NCBI RefSeq assembly: GCF_001017655.1
Contig: NZ_CP010904.1
Coordinates: 960,001 to 992,000 of the forward strand
From: Kiritimatiella glycovorans
GTDB lineage: Bacteria > Verrucomicrobiota > Kiritimatiellia > Kiritimatiellales > Kiritimatiellaceae
Reading direction: 5' to 3'
Length of the DNA stretch: 32,000 bases
In this document: one piece after another, positions 16,514 through 26,424 of the stretch
How the letters are laid out: each line of letters opens with the position of its first letter
Numbering within the stretch: the first letter of the stretch is position 1
Notes under the pieces: model-generated
Databases searched by the model: none
Told to the model about the DNA's origin: nothing
Seen by the model: only the letters and a program-made list of their open reading frames with translations
Program-made: the position numbers and the translations under genes

Positions 16514-16924
16514 ATGAATAAAGACGAAAAGGCCCGACACGACGATCAGGTCGAATGCGCCTTTCTCGAAGCCGTCGCCCGGCGGCTTCCCATGGACGAT
16601 GAGGTGCTCCGTCCGCTGGCCGAAGCCTATACCCGGCTGGGAGACTACGGGTCCGGGCTCGGCGTGGACCGGCAACTGGCCCGTCTCTGCCCCGAAGATC
16701 CGCTCGTCTGGTATAACCTGGCCTGCAGCCATGCGCTGCTCGGCGCGGTCGACGAGGCCGTGGCCGCACTCGGACGGGCGGTGGAAATCGGCTACGACGA
16801 CTACGACTGGATGAAACAGGACCGGCACCTCGATCCGCTGCGCGACGACCCGCGCTTTCAGTCGCTGCTCGAATGGGTGTACGCCTACGGCGACGACGAA
16901 GAGGAGTCGTACGAGGAGTTCTAG
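16514..16924 (+). CDS. Small TPR-like protein
   Basis: 136 aa. TPR-type segment LVWYNLACSHALLGAVDEAVAALGRAVEIGYDDYDWMKQDRHLDPLRDDPRFQSLL, typical of a TPR end-of-group domain. Acidic tail. Confidence 0.7.
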   Translation: MNKDEKARHDDQVECAFLEAVARRLPMDDEVLRPLAEAYTRLGDYGSGLGVDRQLARLCPEDPLVWYNLACSHALLGAVDEAVAALGRAVEIGYDDYDWMKQDRHLDPLRDDPRFQSLLEWVYAYGDDEEESYEEF

Positions 16925-17799
16925 GTCTCCACCCCGAGTCCCGCCCGGATCGCGATTCCGACCAGGAAACTCACGGCGGCCACGCCGAGGCTGAGCAGAC
17001 TCATCTCCGTGAAACGGGCGCGGAAGGGTTCGTCGTTGGCTACGGATAGGTAGTAGTTGAACAGGGCGATGATCCCGAGGGCCTCCGCCAGCACGAAGGC
17101 GAGGCAGACCCCGTAGTGCCCGAACACGAGGTAGGGCAGAATCAGCAGCGCCACGGTGATGAAATAGGCGGTGCCGGTGTACAGCGCGGCCTTGACCGGC
17201 CGGCGATCCTGACGTTCCGCCTTGGCCGAGAGGTACTCGGAGGCCGCCATCGACAACGCAGCGGCAAAACCGGTGATCGATCCGCTCAACGCGATGAGTT
17301 CGGTGTTGCGCAGGGCGAAGGAGAGACCGGCGAGCGCCCCGGTCAGTTCAACGAGCGCGTCGTTGAGCCCGAGCACCACCGATCTTATGTAGCGCAGCCG
17401 CTCCTCGTCGATCATCCTGAGCAGCTTTTCCTCGTGCCCCTCCTCGTCGTGAAAGACGCGCTCGGCGTCGCGGATCTTCCCCGCCAGTTCCTCGTAGTGG
17501 TCCTGGGCGTCGTCCTCGTTGCGCTCCATCAGCTTGATGCCGAAGGTCAGCCCGAACACGCGGCTGATCCACGTGTAGAACAGCACCCGCTTCCGGTCGG
17601 GCTCGACGTCCTCACCGGTATAGTTCTTCCAGAGCTCGTAATGCTCCTTTTCGTCGTCGGCGATGCGCCGGAGCACCTCCGCGTTTTCCGAAGCGGACGG
17701 AAGCTCCGCAAGGGACTGGTAGATATGATATTCCGTGATTTCGTTGCGCTGGAATTTCAGCAGCAGCGCCCGCGTCGAGGGGTCTGTCGTCGTCTGCAT
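16921..17799 (-). CDS. VIT1/CCC1 family iron/manganese transporter with N-terminal ferritin-like domain
   Basis: 292 aa. N-terminal ferritin/rubrerythrin-like helices (NEITEYHIYQ..., DEKEHYELW, DEEGHEEKL). C-terminal VIT membrane domain (GLNDALVELTGALAG..., SMAASEYLS...). SD AAAGGAG upstream. Confidence 0.85.
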   Translation of the reverse strand: MQTTTDPSTRALLLKFQRNEITEYHIYQSLAELPSASENAEVLRRIADDEKEHYELWKNYTGEDVEPDRKRVLFYTWISRVFGLTFGIKLMERNEDDAQDHYEELAGKIRDAERVFHDEEGHEEKLLRMIDEERLRYIRSVVLGLNDALVELTGALAGLSFALRNTELIALSGSITGFAAALSMAASEYLSAKAERQDRRPVKAALYTGTAYFITVALLILPYLVFGHYGVCLAFVLAEALGIIALFNYYLSVANDEPFRARFTEMSLLSLGVAAVSFLVGIAIRAGLGVET

Positions 17800-18012
17800 G
17801 CCGTGCTCCTTTAGCGTGCCCCAGGCTCTGCTCCATTCCCGCGCGGCGCCGCTTCAGCTTCCCCGGAACCGGAATCGGGAACGCGGCCGACCGCCTTTTA
17901 TCTTGCCCGTACTGCGCACGTTCTTATCATGGGCCTTTCGAGACGTGCAATCACCGATGCCGACCCCGCTCCGCAGGCGGGAGTGGCGTCCATCAACGAA
18001 AGGATATCCATC

Positions 18013-19095
18013 ATGGCCAGAGTCTACAATTTCAGTCCCGGACCGGCGACGCTCCCCGAGGAGGTGCTGAAGGAAGCCCAGACGCAGCTCGCGGATTACA
18101 AGGGCAGCGGGATGTCGATCCTCGAATCCAGCCATCGCGGCAAAGAATATTCCGCCGTGCACGAGGAGGCCCGCAGCAATATCGCCGAACTGCTGAACCT
18201 TACGGAGGACTACGCCGTGCTCTTTATGTCCGGCGGGGCGAGCACGCAATTCGCGCTGGCGCCGATGAACCTGATGGGCGAGGGCGGCCGCGCGGATTAC
18301 GTCGACTCCGGATCGTGGTCGACCAAGGCGATCAAGGAGGCACGGAAAATCGGGGAGGTCCATCTGGCCGCCGACGTCAAGGACGCTTCGCCCGCGCGGA
18401 TGCCGAAGCCGGAGGAACTGACCCTGGATCCCGGCGCCGCCTACCTGCACCTGACGAGCAACGAGACCATCGCCGGGACGCAGTGGAAGACCTTCCCGGA
18501 TACCGGCGAGGTGCCGATCGTGGCCGATATGTCCTCCGACATCTGTTCGCGCACGTTCGACGTGAACCCCTTCGGCCTGATCTACGCCGGCGCACAGAAA
18601 AACCTGGGCCCCGCGGGGGTCACCATCGTCGTCATCCGCCGGGACCTGGCCGAGCGCGCGGCAGGACACCTTCCGACGCTGTTCCAGTACCGCACGTTCG
18701 TCGAAAAGGACTCGCTGGCGAACACGCCGCCGGTGTTCCCGATCTATATCGTGTCGCTGGTGACGCGCTGGCTGCTGGATAAGGGCGGGATCGCCGGGAT
18801 CGAGCAGCAGAACCGCGACAAGGCGGCCAAACTCTACGCGGCGATCGATGGCTCGGACTTCTACCGGGGCACCGCGGCTGCGGATTCGCGCTCGGATATG
18901 AACGTCACCTTCCGCCTGGCCGAAGAGGAACTCGAAAAGACCTTCATCGAAGAGGCCGCCCGGCAGGGCATGAAGGGCCTGAAAGGACACCGCTCGGTCG
19001 GCGGCGTCCGCGCCTCGATCTATAACGCCTTCCCGGTCGAAGGCGTCGATGCGCTGGTCGACTTCATGAAGGAGTTCGAGAAGAAAAACGGGTAA
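18013..19095 (+). CDS. serC: Phosphoserine aminotransferase
   Basis: 360 aa from ATG 18013 (MARVYNFSPGPATLPEEVL, SHRGKEY, GAQKNLGPAGVT). GAAAGGA lies upstream. The track's 17929 start adds a non-homologous extension. Confidence 0.95.
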   Translation: MARVYNFSPGPATLPEEVLKEAQTQLADYKGSGMSILESSHRGKEYSAVHEEARSNIAELLNLTEDYAVLFMSGGASTQFALAPMNLMGEGGRADYVDSGSWSTKAIKEARKIGEVHLAADVKDASPARMPKPEELTLDPGAAYLHLTSNETIAGTQWKTFPDTGEVPIVADMSSDICSRTFDVNPFGLIYAGAQKNLGPAGVTIVVIRRDLAERAAGHLPTLFQYRTFVEKDSLANTPPVFPIYIVSLVTRWLLDKGGIAGIEQQNRDKAAKLYAAIDGSDFYRGTAAADSRSDMNVTFRLAEEELEKTFIEEAARQGMKGLKGHRSVGGVRASIYNAFPVEGVDALVDFMKEFEKKNG

Positions 19096-19098
19096 CCG

Positions 19099-20664
19099 TT
19101 ACCGCTTCGATTTCCCGCCGCCCAGGGCGCGGCGGAACTCCCGCGGCTCGGGACTGCCCAGGGCGGCGGTGAGGGCGAAATAGATGACGGCCCCGCCCGC
19201 GACCGCCCCGAGCACGGCGCCGATCTGGGCGGCTTTGACGGGGAGCGCGCCGCCCATGCCCCGTAAAACTCTGTGCAGAAGAAGGGCGGCGGGCACGAGC
19301 GCGGCGGTGCCCGCCGCGGCGCGCAGCGCCGAGAATCGGAGAACCTTCCAGTTCAGGGGGGCAGTCTCCCGCTGCAGAATGCGCATCAGCGCCGCGGCGT
19401 GCGCGGCCTCGGCCAGCACCGTGGCGAGCGCGATCCCGCCGTGCTTGTACGGCCTCGGCAGCGCGAGGATCAGCGTCACGCTCAGCACGAGATTCAGAAC
19501 CATCGCCGCGGCGCCCACCCGCACCGGCGTCCGGGTGTCCTGGCGCGCGTAAAAAGCGGGAATGAGCACCTTGGCGGCGCTGAACACCAGCAGACCGGGC
19601 GCGTAGCAGCGCAGCGCAATCGCCGTGAGCTGCGTCGACTGCCCGTCGAAAATCCGCCATTCGAAAAGCATCCGCACCACCGGTACCGCCAGGACACCCA
19701 GACCCGCGGCGGCGGGAAGCATCAGGTAAAACATGCGGCGCAGCCCGTCGCCCGTCTCCGACGCAATGCGGCTGTGATCGGCCCGCGCGGCATGACCGGA
19801 AAACACGGGCAGAAGCACCGACCCGAGCGCTGTGGCGAAAATGCCGAGGGGAAAGTAGATGAGGCGCTCGCTGAAAAAAAGCGCCGCGGGCGCCTGCGGG
19901 CCTACGGCGTAGGCGAGAAGGCGGTCGATCACCACGTTGAACTGCGTGACCGCCATGCCCAGCGCCGCGGGGCCCATCAGCTGGATCACGCGGCGGACGC
20001 GCGGATCGCGGGTGTCGGGGTCGAAGCCCGGCCGGAACCCCCGTTCGATCGCGGAGGGCACCTGGACCAGCCACTGCAGGATGCCCGCGAGTACGACCGC
20101 CCAGGCGACGACCCGGATCTGCCCCGCGGGTCCGCCTCCGACCTGCGGACAGATCAGCACGACCGCCGCGATCCAGACGAGATTGAGCAGACACGGAGCG
20201 GCAGCGGGGACCGCATAATGGCCGCAGGCGTTGAGGGCCGCGCGGAAGAGCGCCGCAAGGCAGATGAACAGCATGTAGGGAAACATGATCCGCGTGAGAT
20301 CGAGCACCGGCTGCAGACGGTCCGGGACGGCGGCCAACGACAGGAGACCGTGAGCGGAGAGCACCACTCCCGCCGTGAGGGCGAGCAGGACGAGGGCAGC
20401 CAGCGAGAACACCTTCCGCGCGAAGATCCAGGCCGCATCCCGCCCCGTGTGTTCCAGGTCGTGCGTGAACACGGGGATGAACGACGAGGAAAGAGCGCCT
20501 TCGCCGAACAGCCGCCGGAACAGATTGGGAAGCGTAAAGGCGAGCACGAACGAGGACATCGCCCCCGAGGTGCCGAAAAAACCGGCCATGAGCACGTCGC
20601 GCGCCAGTCCCAGCACACGGCTCAGCAGGGTGCATCCCCCCACCGTCGTGACCGATTTCAGCAT
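19099..20664 (-). CDS. murJ: Lipid II flippase MurJ (MviN family)
   Basis: Family-typical N-terminus MLKSVTTVGGCTLLSRVLGLARDVLMAGFFGTSGAMSSFVLAFTLPNLFRRLFGEGALSSSFIPVF. Polytopic membrane protein. Start taken at ATG 20664; 20691 is possible. Confidence 0.9.
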   Translation of the reverse strand: MLKSVTTVGGCTLLSRVLGLARDVLMAGFFGTSGAMSSFVLAFTLPNLFRRLFGEGALSSSFIPVFTHDLEHTGRDAAWIFARKVFSLAALVLLALTAGVVLSAHGLLSLAAVPDRLQPVLDLTRIMFPYMLFICLAALFRAALNACGHYAVPAAAPCLLNLVWIAAVVLICPQVGGGPAGQIRVVAWAVVLAGILQWLVQVPSAIERGFRPGFDPDTRDPRVRRVIQLMGPAALGMAVTQFNVVIDRLLAYAVGPQAPAALFFSERLIYFPLGIFATALGSVLLPVFSGHAARADHSRIASETGDGLRRMFYLMLPAAAGLGVLAVPVVRMLFEWRIFDGQSTQLTAIALRCYAPGLLVFSAAKVLIPAFYARQDTRTPVRVGAAAMVLNLVLSVTLILALPRPYKHGGIALATVLAEAAHAAALMRILQRETAPLNWKVLRFSALRAAAGTAALVPAALLLHRVLRGMGGALPVKAAQIGAVLGAVAGGAVIYFALTAALGSPEPREFRRALGGGKSKR

Positions 20665-20835
20665 ATGATGATCGCGACTCACGCAGCGCAACCTTTCAAC
20701 GCAGAGAAAACGTAAGGGTCCGTTCTCAGGACGCGTTTTTCAAGCATAACGCCCCGGTTCTTCAATTCACGCTTGAGTGAACGCAACAGGAGCATAGACT
20801 GCCCCGATACCGGTAATGGCAAAAGCGAGGCCCCG

Positions 20836-21963
20836 ATGAACGTACCTCTTCTGGATCTTCGACGTCAGTACGAAACCCTGCGCGATGAAATCGAACCCGC
20901 CGTCCGGGAGATTTTCGAGACGCAGCGCTTTGTCGGCGGTCCGGCGGTGGAGGCATGCGAGCGCGCCATGGCGGAATACTGCGGCGCGGCCTTCGGCTGC
21001 GGGGTCTCCTCGGGTACGGACGCGCTGCTCGTCTCGCTGATGGCGGAGGACATCGGGGAGGGCGACGAGGTGCTGACGACGCCCTTCACCTTCTTCGCGA
21101 CCGCGGGATCGATTATTCGCTCCGGCGCGCGGCCGGTATTCGCGGACATCGATCCCGTCACCTACAACCTCGATCCCGAAGCCGCCGCCGCCGCGGTGAC
21201 CTCCTCGACCCGGGCGCTGATGCCCGTGCATCTATTCGGGCAGCCGGCGGCCATGGATCCGCTCGGCCGGCTGGCGGAGGAGCGCGGTCTCGCGATGATC
21301 GAAGACGCCTGCCAGGCGGTCGGAGCGGAATACCGCGGGCGGCGGGCCGGGTCGTTCGGGGACTACGGCTGCTTCTCGTTCTTTCCTTCCAAAAATCTCG
21401 GCGGGGCGGGGGACGGCGGAATGATCGTCACCGGCGACGAGGCCAGAGTGAAGCGCCTGAAGTCGCTGCGCAATCACGGCATGGAAGAACGCTACCACCA
21501 TCACACCATAGGCGGAAACTTCCGTCTGGACGCGCTGCAGGCGGCGGTGGTGACGATCAAGCTACGCTATCTCGAGGCGTGGAGCGAGGCGCGTCGCGCC
21601 AACGCCGAACGATACGCCCGGCTCTTCGCCGGGACCGCCTGCTTCCGGTCGGGTGCGGTCCGCCTGCCGGAGACGGCGCCCGAACGGCGGCATATCTTCA
21701 ACCAGTACGTGATCCGCGCCGAACGGCGTGACGCGCTGATGGCCCGTCTGCGCGAATCGGACGTGGGTTGCGCCGTCTACTATCCCGTTCCGCTGCACCT
21801 GCAGCCCTGTTTCAGGTCGCTGGGATACGCGCGCGGCGATTTCCCCGTGAGTGAAAAGGCGGCCGCCGAAGTGCTCGCCCTGCCGATCTTTCCGGAACTC
21901 ACCGACGACGAGGCCTCCCGCGTGGTGGAGGCGGTCGAGGCGTTCTACCGGGACGACGCCTAG
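20836..21963 (+). CDS. DegT/DnrJ/EryC1/StrS family sugar aminotransferase
   Basis: 375 aa from ATG 20836 (MNVPLLDLRRQYETLRDEI...). Contains GTDALLVSL, FSFFPSKNLGGAGDGGMIVT (PLP-Lys region) and NFRLDALQAAV. Confidence 0.9.
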   Translation: MNVPLLDLRRQYETLRDEIEPAVREIFETQRFVGGPAVEACERAMAEYCGAAFGCGVSSGTDALLVSLMAEDIGEGDEVLTTPFTFFATAGSIIRSGARPVFADIDPVTYNLDPEAAAAAVTSSTRALMPVHLFGQPAAMDPLGRLAEERGLAMIEDACQAVGAEYRGRRAGSFGDYGCFSFFPSKNLGGAGDGGMIVTGDEARVKRLKSLRNHGMEERYHHHTIGGNFRLDALQAAVVTIKLRYLEAWSEARRANAERYARLFAGTACFRSGAVRLPETAPERRHIFNQYVIRAERRDALMARLRESDVGCAVYYPVPLHLQPCFRSLGYARGDFPVSEKAAAEVLALPIFPELTDDEASRVVEAVEAFYRDDA

Positions 21964-22925
21964 AGGAACGCCGCCAGCCACAGCGGCACGATGACGAGCG
22001 CCAGCGCATGGGTCAGCAGGACCCCCGCGGACATGAAGGCCCGGTCACCGCCGTACACCTCCGCCAGTGCGATTCCGCTGATCGCGACCGGCATCACGGC
22101 GACGATGCTCATCACGCGTTCCACCATCGGCGGCAGCGGAAGCGCGTACAGCAGTCCCAGCGCGAGGGCGGGAACCGCGACCAGGCGCACGGCGCTCATC
22201 GTCCAGAGCATCGGGTCCCGGAATTGACGGATGCGCTGTGACCCGACCCGGCTGCCCGCCACGATCATGGCCAGGGGGATCGTGGCCTCTCCGACCGTCC
22301 GGGTTGTGCGGAACAGAAAAGCGCCGAGGTTGCGGCCCTCGGGGTCGAGCAGCGCCCCGGACCAGCCTGCGGCGTCGGTGAGCGCGCGCACGGCGATCGC
22401 GACGGGAATTGCGATCAGGGCGGGATTCAGCAGCCCGCGGAAGTCGGCCGAACGGAGCGTCTGTCCCTGCAGGGTCCCGGCCCCCAGCGTCCAGAGCACC
22501 AATTTCGCGCCCAGCGAAGAAAACACGAGCACCGCCACGCCGCGGTCGCCGTAAAGAAACAGCACGATCGGCAGCGGCAGAAAGACGAAGTTGTTGACCG
22601 TGCACTGAAAAAGAAAGGCGCGGCGTCTTCCCGACTCCTCGTTCCGGAAGGCGGTCAGGGCGGCGCGGCCGACGGCGAACCCGGTCAGCATGATCGCCGC
22701 GCCCAGCAGGGGCACCTCCCAGTCGCGCGCGAGGGTTCGGAGCGTGTACTTGCTGTAGATCGAGGTGAAAATGAGACAGGGGAAGACCACATTGATCAGC
22801 AGGTTGGCGAGCTGCCGCGTGCCTTCGGCCGTCAGCCAGCCCCGGCGGCGCGCGATGACGCCGGGCAGCATCATCGCCAGGATACAGAGCACATTGAATA
22901 CGAGCAGCATGAAGGTGTCGGGCAT
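21960..22925 (-). CDS. AEC (auxin efflux carrier) family transporter
   Basis: About 10 hydrophobic segments. N-terminus MPDTFMLLVFNVLCILAMMLPGVIARRRGWL is typical of the family. Start chosen at ATG 22925, because the track's 22970 is a TTG with a polar non-family extension. Confidence 0.85.
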   Translation of the reverse strand: MPDTFMLLVFNVLCILAMMLPGVIARRRGWLTAEGTRQLANLLINVVFPCLIFTSIYSKYTLRTLARDWEVPLLGAAIMLTGFAVGRAALTAFRNEESGRRRAFLFQCTVNNFVFLPLPIVLFLYGDRGVAVLVFSSLGAKLVLWTLGAGTLQGQTLRSADFRGLLNPALIAIPVAIAVRALTDAAGWSGALLDPEGRNLGAFLFRTTRTVGEATIPLAMIVAGSRVGSQRIRQFRDPMLWTMSAVRLVAVPALALGLLYALPLPPMVERVMSIVAVMPVAISGIALAEVYGGDRAFMSAGVLLTHALALVIVPLWLAAFL

Positions 22926-23019
22926 GGGGCGGTCCTTGACTTGTTTTTTCGATGGGCTGAGTGTAGACAAGAGCGCGGCGAATGCAAGCGGGGCTCCGTG
23001 AGCGAAAGGAAGGGATGAG

Positions 23020-24123
23020 ATGGAGGCATGGCAGGAGTTTCAGGTGGCCGGGAACGAGTGGTGGCGGATCGCCGCGCTTTTCGGCTGCGTGCTGGGCGGA
23101 TTGCTGATCGGTGCGCTGGTGCGCTGGTGGCTGCAGCGTGTCAGCTCGGGTTCCCGTCTCCGGAGTCGGCGAATCATGCGGACGGTGGTTTTCGCGGTGG
23201 CCCGGCCGGCCATGTTTTTCTTTTTCGTAACGGGACTGCAGGCTGGTCTGCGTTTTCTGAGGTTGAGCGAGGGGGTACAGGGCCTGGCCAACGATACGGT
23301 CCGCGTACTCTTCACCATCTCGGTTGCCTACCTCCTCTACGCGCTGGTCGACGTGCTCGAACAGGTTCTCAAACGCGCCGCCGACGGCACGAAGACGCGG
23401 CTCGACGATATGATGGTGCCGATGGTGCGCAAGAGCGCGCGGGTGACGGTCGTCGTGCTCGCCCTGGTGCAGATCGCCCAGATCCTGAGCGATAAGCCGA
23501 TCACCTCCATACTGGCCGGGCTCGGCGTCGGCGGTCTCGCCGTCGCACTGGCCGCACAGGATACGCTCAAGAACTTTTTCGGCTCGCTGCTCATCTTCGC
23601 CGACAAGCCGTTCGAGATGGGCGATCGCGTAAAGTTTTCAGGCTACGACGGGCCGATCGAGGAGGTCGGTTTCCGCTCGACCCGTATCCGGACCCTGGAA
23701 GGCCACCTGGTCACTATTCCCAACGCCCAGCTCGCCAACGCCCCGATCGAGAATATCGGTAAGCGACCGCACATCCGGCGCGTGATGAAAATCGGGGTTA
23801 CCTACGATACGCCGCCGGAAAAGGTCGACCGCGCACTCGAAATCGTGGGGGAGGTGCTCGACCGCCACGAGGGCATGGATCCCTCCCTGCCGCCGCGGAT
23901 CTATTTCGACGACTTCGGCGCCTTCTCGCTGGATATCATCGTCTTCTACTGGTATCACCCCGCCGATTACTGGAAGTACAAGACCTTCAGCGGTGAGGTC
24001 AACCGAGAGCTGCTGCGGCGGTTCAACGAGGAAGGTATCGAGTTCGCGTTTCCGACTCAGACCCTGTATCTCGCCGGCGATGAAAACCGCCCGCTGGGAG
24101 TCGATACGGGGCCGGGCGGCTGA
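23020..24123 (+). CDS. Mechanosensitive ion channel (MscS family)
   Basis: 367 aa. N-terminal TM helices. MscS core DTLKNFFGSLLIFADKPFEMGDRVKFSGYDGPIEEVGFRSTRIRTLEGHLVTIPNAQL. SD GGAAGGGA upstream. Confidence 0.9.
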   Translation: MEAWQEFQVAGNEWWRIAALFGCVLGGLLIGALVRWWLQRVSSGSRLRSRRIMRTVVFAVARPAMFFFFVTGLQAGLRFLRLSEGVQGLANDTVRVLFTISVAYLLYALVDVLEQVLKRAADGTKTRLDDMMVPMVRKSARVTVVVLALVQIAQILSDKPITSILAGLGVGGLAVALAAQDTLKNFFGSLLIFADKPFEMGDRVKFSGYDGPIEEVGFRSTRIRTLEGHLVTIPNAQLANAPIENIGKRPHIRRVMKIGVTYDTPPEKVDRALEIVGEVLDRHEGMDPSLPPRIYFDDFGAFSLDIIVFYWYHPADYWKYKTFSGEVNRELLRRFNEEGIEFAFPTQTLYLAGDENRPLGVDTGPGG

Positions 24124-24129
24124 GGGCGC

Positions 24130-26259
24130 TCAGGCGCCCGGTTCCCGGTCTCCGCTCCGCGCGACGTTGTCCCGGTCCATGCGGATCATGTCCGCCATGA
24201 TGTTCAGGGTCTCGTCGAGGACCGGGTCGTCCTTCTCTTCGCCCTCTTCTTCCTCCAGCGGCGACTGCACCGCCTCCGCGCGCAGGTCGTCGATATCCCG
24301 CTCCTCCCGGGCGCGTTCAAGCCGCGCCTCCAGGTTCAGCGAAACCGTCCCTTCCTCGAGCATGGCGCGGCTTTCGTCGAGTTGGTCGAGATAGGTGCGG
24401 AACGACGGATTATCCTCCTGCCGCGTCTCGGAGTTGCGGAGCAGTTCGGGCAGCATGTCCCTCCAGTAGCGCGTGGGACGGTAAAAGGCATGGCCGATGC
24501 GGCTCCATCCCAGGGCGTGGGGAAGCTCGTTCTCGCCGATGTCCATGTACTGCAGTACGGAGGGGAGGACGATGTCGGATTCGACCCCGCGGACCTGCGT
24601 CGAACTTCCGTTGATCCGGAAAAAGCTGGCGGTGGTCACCTTGATCTTTCCCAGCTCGTCGCGGTTCTGATCGAGCGGCACGATGGTCTGGACCGTACCC
24701 TTGCCGTGGGTGCGGCGGTCGCCGACGATAATGGCGCGTCCATAATCCTGCAGCGCCCCGGCCAGAATCTCCGACGCGGAGGCGCTGAGCCGGTTTACGA
24801 GCACGACCAGCGGGCCGGAGTAGAGCCGGCCCGTGTCGGTGTCGCTGAGCACCTGCACGCCCCAGCGCCGCTCCCGGATCTGTACGACGGGCCCGGCATT
24901 GATGAACTGCCCGGTTATGTGGATGGCCTCCTGGAGCGATCCGCCGCCGTTGCTGCGCAGATCGAGTACGAGTCCTTCGGCCCCTTTTTCGATCAGGTCG
25001 TTCAGGATCCGGCGCATGTCGCGGGAAGACCGGCGCGCCTTCTCCGGGTTCTCGCGGGCCGCTTCCATGTCGAGATAGAAATCGGGGAGGGTGGCCAGCC
25101 CGACCCGGTAGGTGCCGCCGCGCAGATCAACCTCCCGGACCTCGCCTTTGGCGGCCTGCTCCTCGAGTTTGACTTTGTCGCGGACCAGGGCGATCGTCTC
25201 GGTGCGTCCCCCGCGGGCGCGGGCCGCGGGGATCACCCTGAGGACGACCGTGGTGTCCTTCTCGCCGCGGATGAGCTGGACCGTTTTGTTCAGCGGCCAG
25301 TGAAGCACACTCTGCGGCTGTTCGTCGCCCTGGCCGACCGCGATGATCTTGTCGCCGGGCTGCAGCCGCCCGTCGCGATCCGCCGGGCCGCCCGGGATGA
25401 TGCGCACGATCTTTGCCGCCCCGTCCTCACTGCGGAGCACCGCCCCGATCCCCACCAGCGACAGCCGCATGGAGATGTTGAAGTCCTCCACGGTGGAGGG
25501 CGACATGTAATTGCTGTGCGGATCGTAGGCGCGCGCAAAGGCGTTGAGATAACGCTCCACGAGCCATTCCTCGTCGTAATCGCGCAGCACGGTCAGGTAT
25601 TGCTGGTACGAATCGCGAATGAACGCCTCCGGCGATTCGAGCTGCTCTTCGAGGTCCCTGTCCGCGGAGCCCGTATCGCCTTCACCGCTTCCGGGCGGCC
25701 CGGAACCGGCCGCATCGGTGCGATTCGTGGCTTCCCGGTCCAGTTCCAGGCTGACGCGGCGCGCCACGTACTCGTTTTTAACCCGTTTGCGCCAGAGTTC
25801 GTCCCACGCTTCGCGATCTTCGGGCCAGGGTGCACGGTCGCGTTTCCAGTCGTAGATCTCCTCGCGATCGAGCCTGAACCCCTCATTCAGCAGTGCAGTG
25901 ACATGATCGACGCGGTTGCTGACGCGCGACATGAACACGGAGAAGACTTCGCGGGCGAAGGAGGTGTCGCCCTTTTTCAGCCGGTCGTCGAGCCGGTCGG
26001 CCTCGGCGCGGAACGACTCCACATCGCTCCGCATGAAATAGCTGTGGTTATAGTCGAGCGAGTCGAGGAAGATGGTCAGGGCGTTGGTCGCGATCTCGTC
26101 GTTGAGCGGCTGATCGAGCAGATGCATCTTAGGCAGCCGGCGCGCGAGCTGCTTCGCGATCGGCCGCGAATCGAACGGCGTGTCGCCGGACCGATCCTCC
26201 GCGGTTGCGGTCAATGCGGCCAGCGCGCACCAGCATAGGAATAATAGACGTTTGATCAA
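24130..26259 (-). CDS. prc: Tail-specific (carboxy-terminal processing) protease, S41 family
   Basis: 709 aa. Signal peptide, then PDZ segment LVGIGAVLRSEDGAAKIVRIIPGGPADRDGRLQPGDKIIAVG. S41 catalytic region LVVLVNRLSASASEILAGALQDYGRAIIVGDRRTHGKGTVQ. TTG start at 26259 follows GGGAGG with a 5-nt spacer. Confidence 0.9.
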   Translation of the reverse strand: MIKRLLFLCWCALAALTATAEDRSGDTPFDSRPIAKQLARRLPKMHLLDQPLNDEIATNALTIFLDSLDYNHSYFMRSDVESFRAEADRLDDRLKKGDTSFAREVFSVFMSRVSNRVDHVTALLNEGFRLDREEIYDWKRDRAPWPEDREAWDELWRKRVKNEYVARRVSLELDREATNRTDAAGSGPPGSGEGDTGSADRDLEEQLESPEAFIRDSYQQYLTVLRDYDEEWLVERYLNAFARAYDPHSNYMSPSTVEDFNISMRLSLVGIGAVLRSEDGAAKIVRIIPGGPADRDGRLQPGDKIIAVGQGDEQPQSVLHWPLNKTVQLIRGEKDTTVVLRVIPAARARGGRTETIALVRDKVKLEEQAAKGEVREVDLRGGTYRVGLATLPDFYLDMEAARENPEKARRSSRDMRRILNDLIEKGAEGLVLDLRSNGGGSLQEAIHITGQFINAGPVVQIRERRWGVQVLSDTDTGRLYSGPLVVLVNRLSASASEILAGALQDYGRAIIVGDRRTHGKGTVQTIVPLDQNRDELGKIKVTTASFFRINGSSTQVRGVESDIVLPSVLQYMDIGENELPHALGWSRIGHAFYRPTRYWRDMLPELLRNSETRQEDNPSFRTYLDQLDESRAMLEEGTVSLNLEARLERAREERDIDDLRAEAVQSPLEEEEGEEKDDPVLDETLNIMADMIRMDRDNVARSGDREPGA

Positions 26260-26424
26260 AGAAGCCTCCCATTATGAAAAGCCCCTTGTATCATCCACCG
26301 GCCCGGATGTGAAACCGTTTTGGGTTTGAAAGACGTGGATTCATGGGGAAGATGGCCGGGTTGCGCCACGCCCGCGGCGGATGGAGCCGTAGTTGGCACC
26401 ACAGAAGAAAGGACGACGATTTCT

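Noticed and set aside
14924-16828. 634-aa minus-strand ORF antisense to rpmB, gltA and the small TPR gene
   Set aside because: It is antisense to clear L28 and citrate synthase genes, with shadow-frame composition.
19064-20715. 523-aa minus (alternate frame) and 480-aa plus ORFs overlapping murJ
   Set aside because: Only the 19099-20664 frame gives a polytopic MurJ-like protein. The others are extremely Arg/Gly/Pro/His-rich, typical of off-frame translation of GC-rich DNA.
20766-20781. TTCAC-N6-GTGAA inverted repeat in the murJ/DegT divergent spacer, as an operator
   Set aside because: A 5-bp inverted repeat is expected by chance in a 170-nt spacer, and there is no supporting second site or known motif.
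24382-26238. 618-aa plus-strand ORF inside the prc locus, and the 600-aa minus ORF at 26341-28143 inside pgi
   Set aside because: Both are antisense to genes with strong family signatures (the S41 protease PDZ and catalytic motifs; the PGI motifs). No domains are recognisable in the antisense products.
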